A DNA stretch of 64,000 bases from a virus (taxonomy: Duplodnaviria; Heunggongvirae; Uroviricota; Caudoviricetes), in the IMG/VR virus record IMGVR_UViG_2974603165_000001, positions 66,589-130,588 of that record. One strand, written 5' to 3'. The position numbers and the translations under genes were made by a program. Positions 9,115 to 17,171 of the stretch are shown here, piece after piece. The notes below the pieces were generated by a model. The model was not told the DNA's origin and searched no databases. It saw only the letters and a program-made list of their open reading frames with translations. The stretch's first letter is position 1. Each line of letters begins with the position of its first letter.

Positions 9115-9527
9115 AATGATAATATCCCAGCATGAACTTTTCTATGGCAGTTCGCACATAGAACCACACACTTTTCCATCTCCGCTATGAGCTTCTTTGA
9201 TCCTCTTCGCATAAGATCTGAAACATTAGCGTCTTTAGTCTCACCATCCAAATGGTGAAGGTCTAAAGCAACGAACTCCTTTTCTGGACAAAGTGAACAA
9301 CCTTTGGATTTGAACTCTCTAAGAAGATCTTTACATTTCTGAACTTCTTTTTGATTATTCTCTTTTATCCGTAAACGGTGGTTGATGTCCGTTGCGTACT
9401 TGGCGTTATTTGCTGTTTTGCAACAGTCTCGGCACCAACCTTGAAGGCCGTCTTTCTTTTTGGAGTTCTTGTTGAAAAGAGAAAGATCCTTTTCTTCATT
9501 GCAACAAGTGCATATTTTGGAAGCCAC
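9105..9527 (-). CDS. HNH homing endonuclease
   Basis: C-terminal HNH/zinc motif (CSLCPEKEFVALDLHHLDGE...CANCHRKVH) and further CxxC pairs; start placed at GTG 9527 with AAGGAG RBS, since the ORF track TTG start overlaps the tRNA-Ser 3' end. Confidence 0.6.
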   Translation of the reverse strand: MASKICTCCNEEKDLSLFNKNSKKKDGLQGWCRDCCKTANNAKYATDINHRLRIKENNQKEVQKCKDLLREFKSKGCSLCPEKEFVALDLHHLDGETKDANVSDLMRRGSKKLIAEMEKCVVLCANCHRKVHAGILSLGL

Positions 9528-9544
9528 GGCGGTCTCCTTCTGTC

Positions 9545-9636
9545 TGGAGGAGGGCAACGGAGTCGAACCGTCACCGGGGATCGCCCCGATGGGCCAGGGT
9601 TCAAACCTGGTTGCGTACCGCTACGCCCTGCCCTCC
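9545..9636 (-). tRNA. tRNA-Ser (TGA), type II
   Basis: anticodon stem CCAGG/CCTGG loop TTTGAAC, long variable arm, T-arm ACGG-TTCGACT-CCGT, CCA. Confidence 0.8.
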
Positions 9637-9640
9637 GAAT

Positions 9641-9730
9641 TGGTGGAGAAAGAAGGATTCGAACCTTCGGGCCTCCGAAGAGGCCGCTCCCTTAGCAGGG
9701 GAGTGCCTTAGTCCACTCAGCCATTTCTCC
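9641..9730 (-). tRNA. tRNA-Ser (GCT), type II
   Basis: anticodon stem CTCCC/GGGAG loop CTGCTAA, long variable arm, T-arm GAAGG-TTCGAAT-CCTTC, CCA. Confidence 0.85.
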
Positions 9731-9882
9731 ATTAATCTCTTTGCGAAGATCTCTCTTCTCTTTTGATCGTGTGATTGCGATAGATTGGATCTCATCAGCA
9801 ACTCCACAATTGCTCCCGTGTAAACGGCAGCGACCAAACACTTTCTTGCAACGAAGCAGTTTTTGCATATGGTCTCCATAAT

Positions 9883-9977
9883 TGGAGGAGAATGTGGGAT
9901 TTGAACCCACGGGGCCAGGGATTACCTGACCCGCCACCTTTCCAAGATGGTGTCATAAGCCTCTCGACCAATTCTCC
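9883..9977 (-). tRNA. tRNA-Ser (GGA), type II
   Basis: anticodon loop TTGGAAA, 23-nt variable arm, T-arm GTGGG-TTCAAAT-CCCAC, CCA. Confidence 0.75.
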
Positions 9978-10060
9978 GTGTTCGCGGCAGATACGTACTG
10001 ATGCTATCCTTGTGTAGAACCAGCTAAGGGGAACATGAAGGTTAACTCGTATCTGCAAAT

Positions 10061-10136
10061 TGGGGTGGCCTGCGGGTCTCGAACCCGCCACCTTCTGGAT
10101 CACAACCAGAGGTTCTACCCGATGAACTAAGGCCAC
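10061..10136 (-). tRNA. tRNA-His (GTG)
   Basis: anticodon stem TCTGG/CCAGA loop TTGTGAT, T-arm GCGGG-TTCGAGA-CCCGC, discriminator C, CCA. Confidence 0.85.
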
Positions 10137-10209
10137 GTCAAAGTGTTCTCGCAGCTTTGCAGGTTAATTTACAGAGCGGCAGCGCTACCATTTCGAGAGC
10201 ACTTTAAAG

Positions 10210-10286
10210 TGGCAGGGGATGGTGGATTCGAACCACCGATCACGATTTCAAAGACCGTTGCATTAGGCCATCTATGCTAATCCCCT
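10210..10286 (-). tRNA. tRNA-Gln (TTG)
   Basis: anticodon stem ACGGT/ATCGT loop CTTTGAA, T-arm GGTGG-TTCGAAT-CCACC, CCA. Confidence 0.85.
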
Positions 10287-10290
10287 ACAC

Positions 10291-10377
10291 TGGCAGGGAG
10301 GACAGGACTCGAACCTGCAATGGGGTTTCCCCGACGGATTTGGAATCCGTTGCATTCAGCCATTTTGCTACCTCCCT
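10291..10377 (-). tRNA. tRNA-Trp (CCA), atypical 87 nt with 15-nt variable arm
   Basis: anticodon stem ACGGA/TCCGT loop TTCCAAA; variable region CGGGGAAACCCCATT (GGGG/CCCC stem) before T-arm GCAGG-TTCGAGT-CCTGT; CCA. Confidence 0.65.
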
Positions 10378-10415
10378 ACAACAGCCCTCTTCGGAGGGCT
10401 GAACTTCTCATCCCA

Positions 10416-10658
10416 TTAAAGGGATGTTACTACGATGGTTGTTCCGTCTGAACCTGCTCTCACAAATCCTGAAACGGTATCACCAAGTGCAGTCCACTTA
10501 TCAAGGACATGGAAGTCTCTTGAGTTGGCTGCTGGAGCCGCAGAACCTTGTGCGAAATGGCATGAGCCTTTAAGCACTTGGATGGTGACTTCTGATGCTG
10601 CTGTAGCGACAGAAACCCAACCGTCTGCGATATCCAATTCTCTGCGTTGTGTAGCCAT
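10416..10658 (-). CDS. hypothetical protein
   Basis: 80 aa from ATG 10658 preceded by GAGGA RBS; no motif. Confidence 0.45.
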   Translation of the reverse strand: MATQRRELDIADGWVSVATAASEVTIQVLKGSCHFAQGSAAPAANSRDFHVLDKWTALGDTVSGFVRAGSDGTTIVVTSL

Positions 10659-10691
10659 AGTATCCTCATCTATTATGAAGTGCAAGCGTTT

Positions 10692-11612
10692 TTATAAACT
10701 AAATTCAATCTTCGTCAGATATTTAGTTCCCCAATGGTAATCTGCCTTCGGGAGCATAAACGGATTGCTTACGTTAGTGTACGATCTGGTTGTCCCATCA
10801 CTGAATGTGAGGGTTAAACCACTTGCACCCTGAGTGTCGATAGCCACATTGGATTCTGCCCTCGTCTGACCATTACTGGTAGAGTTGATCGGGCTTGTTA
10901 CCAATGAACCTGCTTCGATCTGAGGAAGCGATTGGATGATCCCTGCTGTGGTGTCATCTGCACGGAACACAGAATAAAGATATTTTGTGTTGGCAACACT
11001 TTGAGCCTGGTAGTAAATGTAGTTTGCTGTATCACGACGAGACGTGTAGTAACGTACAATACCTGCTGCATCCGGCGTTGCATCGTAGTAGAAACGGTCA
11101 TATGTCCCGAAATCTTGTTGTGTCGGGGCGACGGTATCAGTACGAAGCCACTTGGCTGTTCCGCCTGCCTGATAAACACCAAATCTTGTCCAGTCGCTGT
11201 TCGTGCGACGGGCAGGTCTTCCGTTGAACCCATTAACCACATCTGCAACAGCACCGATATTTGTCACCCACGGGGTGTTTGCTGAGGCGTTTGAAACGTT
11301 AGCAAATTCGGTATCTGTGATCAGGTTTGTTGCTGCTGGCTCCGGGAGAGAACGTCCTACCACGGCACCATTCCGATACTCTAAAGGCCACACATTCGCG
11401 GCAGAGACTGTTAAAGTCCCGGCTTGTTGAAGGTAAGCGTGAACGGGGCCAGTGTAAGTCACACGACTATCCAGAGCCTGACTGGTGAGGTCAATTGGGA
11501 GGATAGAAGGTGGGGTGTCTTGTTTGAACGAACCGAAGAAGCGCATATTAGGCACATAGATCTGCGGCTTGTCAGCTTTCCCGAAAATCGGAGAGTCTGG
11601 TGTTGTAATCAT
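10692..11612 (-). CDS. hypothetical Ser/Thr/Asn/Gly/Tyr-rich protein (possible virion or adhesin-like protein) inside tRNA island
   Basis: 306-aa ORF, ATG 11612 with AGGAAGAG RBS directly downstream of tRNA-Glu; composition resembles fibre/beta-rich structural proteins. Confidence 0.55.
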   Translation of the reverse strand: MITTPDSPIFGKADKPQIYVPNMRFFGSFKQDTPPSILPIDLTSQALDSRVTYTGPVHAYLQQAGTLTVSAANVWPLEYRNGAVVGRSLPEPAATNLITDTEFANVSNASANTPWVTNIGAVADVVNGFNGRPARRTNSDWTRFGVYQAGGTAKWLRTDTVAPTQQDFGTYDRFYYDATPDAAGIVRYYTSRRDTANYIYYQAQSVANTKYLYSVFRADDTTAGIIQSLPQIEAGSLVTSPINSTSNGQTRAESNVAIDTQGASGLTLTFSDGTTRSYTNVSNPFMLPKADYHWGTKYLTKIEFSL

Positions 11613-11634
11613 GATCTCTTCCTGGAAAGTAAAG

Positions 11635-11711
11635 TGGTACTCCTACCGGGACTCGAACCCGGATTTGACGATTGAAAGTCGCCTGACCTAAACCAGTTAG
11701 TCGATAGGAGC
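11635..11711 (-). tRNA. tRNA-Glu (TTC)
   Basis: anticodon stem GGCGA/TCGTC loop CTTTCAA, T-arm CCGGG-TTCGAGT-CCCGG, G1-U72, CCA. Confidence 0.85.
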
Positions 11712-11836
11712 ATTGAGAAAAAGAAACAGGCTTCGGGTCTTTCGGGGTTACTCGTTTGTCTACGCTACTTTAAACCCTTGTTCGCGTTTGTGCTTTGCAC
11801 TTGTAGACCTAAGAGCGTTTCTGCCTGTTTTGAGAT

Positions 11837-11913
11837 TGGAGCGTGCAACAGGATTCGAACCTGCGACCGACTGCTTGGAAGGCAGCGACTCTACCGGGCT
11901 GAGTTATACACGC
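11837..11913 (-). tRNA. tRNA-Gly (TCC)
   Basis: anticodon stem GCTGC/GCAGT loop CTTCCAA, T-arm GCAGG-TTCGAAT-CCTGT, CCA. Confidence 0.85.
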
Positions 11914-11993
11914 ATTGTTTGTTGAGGAAGGTGAAGCGTTTCTCTTCACAACCAGGAATCACCCGGCTCTATGCTTGGCCTACTTCCTCTATT

Positions 11994-12081
11994 TGGTGCG
12001 CCCAGAAGGACTCGAACCTACGAAGGCCATACGGCCAGGAGATTTACAGTCTCCACCCTTTGCCACTCGGGTCATAGACGC
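11994..12081 (-). tRNA. tRNA-Tyr (GTA), type II
   Basis: anticodon stem GGAGA/TCTCC loop CTGTAAA, long variable arm TGGCCGTATGGCC, CCA. Confidence 0.8.
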
Positions 12082-12089
12082 ATTGTTCT

Positions 12090-12434
12090 TTATTTCGCTT
12101 TCGAGATCGGAATGATGTCCGTAGTAAACGGCATCTGTGCCTCTGGCTGCTTGCCAGTCTCGGAAACACGTTCTGTTTCGTCAGCCTCATCTTCTGCGTT
12201 GTACTGAGAGTTCAGGCTTTCACCTTTCTCGATCACGTACTTAGCGATGTTCTCACGGATGTTATCTTTCGTTGCTGTGTTGACCATTAAGTCTTTCAGA
12301 ACTTGATATGCGTCCGGGATAAGGGCGATGAGGGTTGTGTTACCGTCAAGAATTGCCTTCTCGACTGCAATCGCGTTGGATTCCTCTTTTAAAGGACGCC
12401 CACGACGACGCTTAATTGGTTGTTTTACTGCCAT
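12090..12434 (-). CDS. hypothetical basic protein (possible DNA-binding, KRRRGRP AT-hook-like N-terminus)
   Basis: ATG 12434 with GAGGG RBS; 114 aa. Confidence 0.5.
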   Translation of the reverse strand: MAVKQPIKRRRGRPLKEESNAIAVEKAILDGNTTLIALIPDAYQVLKDLMVNTATKDNIRENIAKYVIEKGESLNSQYNAEDEADETERVSETGKQPEAQMPFTTDIIPISKAK

Positions 12435-12523
12435 TTGTTCCCTCACTGTTTTAGAATGTTATCATTGATAACTTTGTTCGTCAAGGGATATTTTAACATT
12501 TTTTGCAGGAAATTTCAACTGAT

Positions 12524-12600
12524 TGGAGCGTGGTGTCGGACTCGAACCGACAAACATCTATTTTGCAGACAGAGCCGTTAACCAGTTCCGGCAACCACGC
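12524..12600 (-). tRNA. tRNA-Cys (GCA)
   Basis: anticodon stem TCTGT/ATAGA loop CTGCAAA, T-arm GTCGG-TTCGAGT-CCGAC, CCA. Confidence 0.8.
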
Positions 12601-12610
12601 TTAGAACAAC

Positions 12611-12626
12611 TGCCCCGAAGGGCAGT
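12611..12626 (-). terminator. possible terminator hairpin after secreted-protein gene
   Basis: CTGCCC-TTCG-GGGCAG hairpin; weak T tract. Confidence 0.3.
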
Positions 12627-12628
12627 GA

Positions 12629-13132
12629 TTAATTACTGCATGTCACAACAATCTTGCCCTGGATATGGGTAGTTCCCAAAGGAAGGTCTTGTTGCAGCAT
12701 GTTGATCTTTGGTGCCAGAGTCAGAGTCTTGCTCTTGGTCTGCAATGTACGCTCTTGGTTAACCTGCGTCCAAGCGTATTCCTGATCATTAACGAAGATT
12801 GATGTCTTTGAAGTGTCAGAGACATTCATCAGGTTATCATCGAAGTCATATCGCCCGGTGTTCTGAGTCAGCTTTGCTTCGGTGATCTTCCACGACATGT
12901 TTTTAGCATTGGTTTTCAGGTCGAAGGTAATACCTTTTGAGCCTGTTGAACCCGTCTCACCCTGTGTCAGGATTCCACCAACACGGGTGGTTCCTGATGG
13001 GTAGTCAATGCCACACGTCTGTTGGCTGTTTGAGATCTCTGCATCCCACACCTGCTCACCAGGGAAAGCGGCATGTGCCGGGATGGACATCATTGCGGCT
13101 ACAAGAGCCAGAGTTGCGAAAATCTTTTTCAT
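12629..13132 (-). CDS. secreted periplasmic protein with two Cys, unknown function
   Basis: N-terminal signal peptide MKKIFATLALVAAMMSIPAHA-AF; GGGAGA RBS; 167 aa. Confidence 0.6.
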   Translation of the reverse strand: MKKIFATLALVAAMMSIPAHAAFPGEQVWDAEISNSQQTCGIDYPSGTTRVGGILTQGETGSTGSKGITFDLKTNAKNMSWKITEAKLTQNTGRYDFDDNLMNVSDTSKTSIFVNDQEYAWTQVNQERTLQTKSKTLTLAPKINMLQQDLPLGTTHIQGKIVVTCSN

Positions 13133-13506
13133 TTGGTTTCTCCCACTGTTAGGGTTCTTCTCTTCATCAATTCCAGTTGGGCTTCCAACTGCTTGATACG
13201 CATATCGTTTTCACGCAGAACTTGGTCGTATAAACGACTGCAATCTACTTTTGAATCACCACCTCCGATTGGGATCGAGATACCTACGTATCCGCCTTTG
13301 TCATCTTGGTTGTAATAGTAGTTGCTTTCTTTTCCCCCATACACACCTGCGTTGATCGTGGCTTGGGCCTTAGAGGTTTCACATACGATGTCTCCCTTCT
13401 GGATTCGCTCACGGCTATCTGCCGTATTATTGTTTATATAAGGCATCTCTGCCAGCGAAGAAAAGGATACCACCGAAAGAATTAAAGTTGCAAGGATCTT
13501 TTTCAT
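13129..13506 (-). CDS. secreted periplasmic protein with two Cys, unknown function
   Basis: start at internal ATG 13506 with GAGGAG RBS; signal peptide MKKILATLILSVVSFSSLA-E. Confidence 0.55.
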   Translation of the reverse strand: MKKILATLILSVVSFSSLAEMPYINNNTADSRERIQKGDIVCETSKAQATINAGVYGGKESNYYYNQDDKGGYVGISIPIGGGDSKVDCSRLYDQVLRENDMRIKQLEAQLELMKRRTLTVGETK

Positions 13507-13516
13507 CTTTTTCTCC

Positions 13517-13852
13517 TCACTCAAAGCCGATACGTAAACAGACTTGCTGCTGCATTGTATCGTTGCTTTCACGAAGAGAGCAGATCAAGGCTTCACCATC
13601 AATGATCATCTTGTTTGGGACGATCACTGGGAAGTCTGTATTTGTTCCCGCAGGTACATATTGCTGGTCTCCCAGCGATTTACCGTTCAAAGTGAAGGTA
13701 AAGAAGCCATCTTCCTTTGTGTGAAGATGTGTCATAACAAGGGTGCTTGCACCTGGTTCACGATAAACAGTGTATTCATCGGGCCAGAATTGATGTGCAG
13801 AGCTTGAAAAACTTATTACTGATAGTGCAATTGCGATTAGATGTTTGTTCAT
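13517..13852 (-). CDS. secreted periplasmic protein with two Cys, unknown function
   Basis: start at ATG 13852 with AGGAGA RBS; signal peptide MNKHLIAIALSVISFSSSA-H. Confidence 0.55.
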   Translation of the reverse strand: MNKHLIAIALSVISFSSSAHQFWPDEYTVYREPGASTLVMTHLHTKEDGFFTFTLNGKSLGDQQYVPAGTNTDFPVIVPNKMIIDGEALICSLRESNDTMQQQVCLRIGFE

Positions 13853-13927
13853 GATGTTCTCCTGTTGTCTTGATGAGGAGAGTATGAACATTTAGAAGAG
13901 GGGTGTCAATAGAGATTTGTAAAGATT

Positions 13928-14004
13928 TGGCCTGAGCGGTGGGACTCGAACCCACATATGATCGGATTAGAAGGCCGATGCCTCTCCAGTTAGACTACGC
14001 CCAG
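13928..14004 (-). tRNA. tRNA-Arg (TCT)
   Basis: anticodon stem TCGGC/TCCGA (C31-U39 mismatch) loop CTTCTAA, T-arm GTGGG-TTCGAGT-CCCAC, CCA. Confidence 0.75.
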
Positions 14005-14081
14005 AAATTGGCGGGGATGTTCCGCACTCCTCCACGCGTTGGAAGCCCAGGAGTGTTATTCGGCTACATACCCCATTGAAT

Positions 14082-14206
14082 TGGTGCGGCAACACAGGTA
14101 TCGACCCTGCTCGGACGTACAGGAGATCAACCCTGGATTTTCAACGTCACCCGTGACATTAACCGGTATTATTCACAGGCTCACCTTCGTGGTGACACGT
14201 TACCGC
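14082..14206 (-). ncRNA. tRNA-like element A (125 nt, CCA 3' end, non-canonical interior)
   Basis: 7-bp acceptor-like stem GCGGTAA/TTGCCGC plus discriminator and CCA. A T-arm-like GCAGG-GTCGATA-CCTGT and a second similar unit CCAGGG-TTGATCT-CCTG flank internal hairpins (TCACC-ACGAA-GGTGA, GTCAC-GG-GTGAC). Confidence 0.35.
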
Positions 14207-14214
14207 GTTGTGTA

Positions 14215-14308
14215 TGGTGCAGGTCAGGAGTTGTATCGGCCCTCCTCTTAAACGATCTCCATCGTGGAGACCTCTAACGCCCACTCTAAGTTGTCGGACG
14301 CAACCTGC
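14215..14308 (-). ncRNA. tRNA-like element B (94 nt, CCA 3' end, non-canonical interior)
   Basis: acceptor-like GCAGGTT/GACCTGC, discriminator A, CCA; 8-bp internal hairpin GGTCTCCA-CGA-TGGAGATC; T-arm replaced by GGAG-(11 nt)-CTCC. Confidence 0.35.
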
Positions 14309-14317
14309 ATAATTTGA

Positions 14318-14404
14318 TGGTGCGGGATGAGGGATTCGAACCCTCAAGGTCGAAACCTACAGGATTTTAACACCTGTGTGTACTGCCAATACCACCAATC
14401 CCGC
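14318..14404 (-). tRNA. tRNA-Leu (TAA), type II
   Basis: anticodon loop GTTAAAA, variable arm AGGT-TTCG-ACCT, T-arm GAGGG-TTCGAAT-CCCTC, CCA. Confidence 0.75.
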
Positions 14405-14586
14405 TGAAATCTATTTTGTGAAGCCCCGATGTCCTGACAACCGCCGTCGTCTTCCCGAAGCGCCCCTGTTTGCGAAACAAAGCCTACGCCATCCCTTTCA
14501 TCAACTTGATATCAAAGCTGACACAGAGATCACATCCCATTAGATGCTGGAAATTTTAAGTGTTTCAGAACTTCGCAGAATAGATT

Positions 14587-14694
14587 TGGAGCCGGGTGAC
14601 GGAATCGAACCGCCTATGTATTTAGTCGTACTGTTAGTTCGGACACAGTTTTCGGGCTTTGATGGCCCCGCCCTTGCCAAAGGGCTTACCCGGC
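14587..14694 (-). ncRNA. long tRNA-like element (108 nt) with possible UCA anticodon
   Basis: canonical acceptor GCCGGGT/ACCCGGC, D-arm GCCC-TTTGGCAA-GGGC, T-arm GGCGG-TTCGATT-CCGTC, CCA. Putative anticodon arm GGGC-CATCAAA-GCCC (TCA at 34-36, A33) is followed by a 37-nt extra region with stem ACTGT/ACAGT. Confidence 0.35.
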
Positions 14695-14696
14695 AT

Positions 14697-14772
14697 TGGT
14701 GCTTGCAGCAGGACTTGAACCCGCAACCCTCTGATTACAAAACAGATGCTCTACCAATTGAGCTATACAAGC
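14697..14772 (-). tRNA. tRNA-Thr (TGT)
   Basis: anticodon stem TCTGT/TCAGA loop TTTGTAA, T-arm GCGGG-TTCAAGT-CCTGC, CCA. Confidence 0.8.
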
Positions 14773-15193
14773 AAGCATGTTGTCTCCGATGGACGCCTGG
14801 AGGAGTGGTGCGGCATATCTTATGACCGACGAACCTTGAACCCAGGATTTGAAAGAGACTTGGTGTTTAAGACTTTAAGTTTGATGTTCTAAACTTTAAT
14901 CTTTACATACTTGAGCGGAGAATTCCACAACCTCCGAAGAGCCGAAGTGGAACTCGATCCAAAATGAGCGCTGAGAGATGACCTTTGACGTTTTTCGAAT
15001 AATCATTCGAGAGCGTTTTATACGGTTATCATACCAGATAAACATTCTTCAATGTATGTTTGGGGCAGTTTAACCTCCCACCCCAGCAGAGGTAAGATGT
15101 TTCCACACCGTGACACCGAAAACAACATGTTGAAACTTTATCAGCTAATCACAGGAATCGCAAGGATTTATTCAAGGATTCCTGCAAAAAGTT

Positions 15194-15832
15194 TTACGCG
15201 CCGATTTCGATCTCGGTACGTGCGTTCGACTCTGACAGAGCAAAGTCAACCTCGGTCAGGAAGTCGTCGATCTCTGTTTCCAGCGTGTCTGCATATGCTG
15301 CCAGACCTACCGGATCGAGCAGTGATGGCTCACCGCGTTCACGCAGAGGCTTGGTGATGCCCTCAACGTCTTCGCCTTTGGTAGCACGGTCACGACCCAG
15401 AAGTGTGTCCAGCTTCACTGAGAGGCCACCCTCGAACTCTGCTGTACGCTTGGTCAGCAGTGCGTTGCCCAGATTAACCTGGCTCTTGATCTTCGCCAAG
15501 AGAGCTTGACGCAGAACAACGCTACGCTTCTGTTCGATTGCCTGAGCAACCGTTACAGTTTTACCGCCGACTGTGATCGTGGTAACTGCGTTAGACTGGA
15601 TGATCGCAGCCTTCATCGCGTCGCGCTGGGCCAGCAGGTCAGTCAGAGACTGTAGCTGGGTTGCAGCTTTTTCGCTAAACTGATCAACTGTGCCAGCTTT
15701 GCTGACCAGCTTGCGGAACTCGCCTTGACCATCGGTCACTGCGATTGCATCCAGACGATCAGTCTGCTTGGTGATCTTCGTGTCGATTGACTTTAAAGTC
15801 GCAAGAGCACGAGTGATTGAAATCTTAGCCAT
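15194..15832 (-). CDS. hypothetical protein
   Basis: 212 aa, ATG with GAGGAG RBS; no motif. Confidence 0.55.
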   Translation of the reverse strand: MAKISITRALATLKSIDTKITKQTDRLDAIAVTDGQGEFRKLVSKAGTVDQFSEKAATQLQSLTDLLAQRDAMKAAIIQSNAVTTITVGGKTVTVAQAIEQKRSVVLRQALLAKIKSQVNLGNALLTKRTAEFEGGLSVKLDTLLGRDRATKGEDVEGITKPLRERGEPSLLDPVGLAAYADTLETEIDDFLTEVDFALSESNARTEIEIGA

Positions 15833-15915
15833 TGGCGTTTTCTCCTCTCAATGAATTTTGAATTTAATTGGTGCAAATTTTAAATCTTGCCGACATCCTT
15901 GTCGGCGGGGCAGCA

Positions 15916-16527
15916 TTACTGCTTGCCAGTCTGTACCACTACAGCGGCGCGTTGAGCGTCAGCTTTAGCGATTTCCAGACGAGTATCACGTTCTGCTTTG
16001 ATCTGCTCACGCAGTTCAGTTACCTGTGCTTCCAGGTCTTTGATGCGGCTGTCTTTGGCAGTGTTACCTGCGTTCAGTTCAGCAATCGCAATCTTGTGCG
16101 TAGATTCCTGAGAACTCAGGCGGGATTGCAGTTCACGGGCGCTTGCAGACTGTGCTGCGGATACCGCTGCGGAAACTGCGTCTTCGTTGCTTTCCAGGGC
16201 AGTAGCCAGGTCAGTACGAAGCTGAGACACTTCCTGCGGGTTGATGCTAACCAGACCACGAGATTTCAGGATGTTGTTAACAACCGCGTCTTCGTTTTCC
16301 AGAGTTTTGATTTTCAGAGCAGACTTGGCTTCTGCCAGTTTTTCGTCGTACTGAGTATCAATCTGAGACAGTTCTTTCTGCTTGAACTGGATTTCCTGAG
16401 AAATCTGCTCAGAACCTTCTGCCAGGGTCAGCAGTTCAGTAACAACCTTGGACAGGTTGCCAGCGGCTGCGGTCACAGCTTTGGTTGCACGTTCGGTAAC
16501 GGACACTACGGTTTTGGTATCTGACAT
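15916..16527 (-). CDS. hypothetical coiled-coil protein
   Basis: 203 aa, Ala/Glu/Gln/Ser-rich heptad-like sequence; GAGGAGAG RBS. Confidence 0.55.
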   Translation of the reverse strand: MSDTKTVVSVTERATKAVTAAAGNLSKVVTELLTLAEGSEQISQEIQFKQKELSQIDTQYDEKLAEAKSALKIKTLENEDAVVNNILKSRGLVSINPQEVSQLRTDLATALESNEDAVSAAVSAAQSASARELQSRLSSQESTHKIAIAELNAGNTAKDSRIKDLEAQVTELREQIKAERDTRLEIAKADAQRAAVVVQTGKQ

Positions 16528-16554
16528 ATTCTTTTCTCTCCTCTAAGAGTTTGA

Positions 16555-16704
16555 TTAAACGTCCAAGTCGTATTTACGACGGGACTCAGCAATGATTTCT
16601 GCGGTAGTCATGCCGACTTCTTTAGCCGACCAGTAGTACCACAGGAAGACCACGAGAGACAATACTCCCATGACCGTAAACGTTACGCCAGGAGATGGAA
16701 TCAT
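16555..16704 (-). CDS. small membrane protein (49 aa)
   Basis: single TM helix VMGVLSLVVFLWYYW; start overlaps stop of upstream gene (ATGA); below ORF-track size cutoff. Confidence 0.35.
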   Translation of the reverse strand: MIPSPGVTFTVMGVLSLVVFLWYYWSAKEVGMTTAEIIAESRRKYDLDV

Positions 16705-16889
16705 TTAGCGATATCCTTCACCGAGTCGCAAACCTCACCAACTACATCCGCAGTCGGAGAGACAATCATCTGGTCAGCGGCTGCGATAGCCTCACCTGCC
16801 AGGTCAACAAACGGTTCAGCGACCGCTGCAACGACTGTTACGCCAGTAGACACAACGTCAGTTGCCATTCTCAACAGAGATCCGAACAT
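16701..16889 (-). CDS. hypothetical small protein
   Basis: 62 aa from ATG 16889 with AGGAGA RBS. Confidence 0.4.
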   Translation of the reverse strand: MFGSLLRMATDVVSTGVTVVAAVAEPFVDLAGEAIAAADQMIVSPTADVVGEVCDSVKDIAK

Positions 16890-17171
16890 TACATTCTCCT
16901 CTATAGGTTTTGAAGCGAGAGCACTTTCGTCCATTTAAGCTATCGCCCTCTCCCACTACAGGATGCCGGGCCAGCCAGACCGGGAGTCGAACCCGGATCT
17001 CTCTCACTTCAAAATTGGCAGTGTACCTTGGGTTCGAACCAAGAGGCTGAGAGGAGCTACCTCCCTTGCTGTTGACCTTCGTCCTGCTTTGCCTTTCACC
17101 GCATTCCTGCCGCTCGTCAGCCGCAATGTTTCGGCTTCCAGCAAAGAGACTCTTCAACATACACCATTAAT

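Noticed and set aside
7784-12207. Numerous track ORFs overlapping tRNA genes (e.g. 7784-7972, 8287-8472, 8659-8931, 9365-9711, 9601-10136, 11713-12207)
   Set aside because: They coincide with well-folded tRNAs on the opposite or same strand, lack RBS and have tRNA-driven composition; treated as spurious.
14587-14694. Interpretation of the UCA tRNA-like gene as a functional selenocysteine tRNA implying UGA recoding
   Set aside because: Genes throughout the window terminate at TGA with normal downstream signals, and no SECIS-like context or selA/selB homologues were seen; kept only as a tRNA-like RNA of unknown role.
16940-17165. Palindromic T-arm-like sequences (CCGGG-AGTCGAA-CCCGG and CTTGG-GTTCGAA-CCAAG) between small ORFs and tRNA-Lys(CTT)
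   Set aside because: Could not assemble either into a cloverleaf with paired acceptor strands on either strand; track ORFs here (16858-17160, 16963-17193) have no RBS. Possibly degenerate tRNAs or an unrelated structured spacer.
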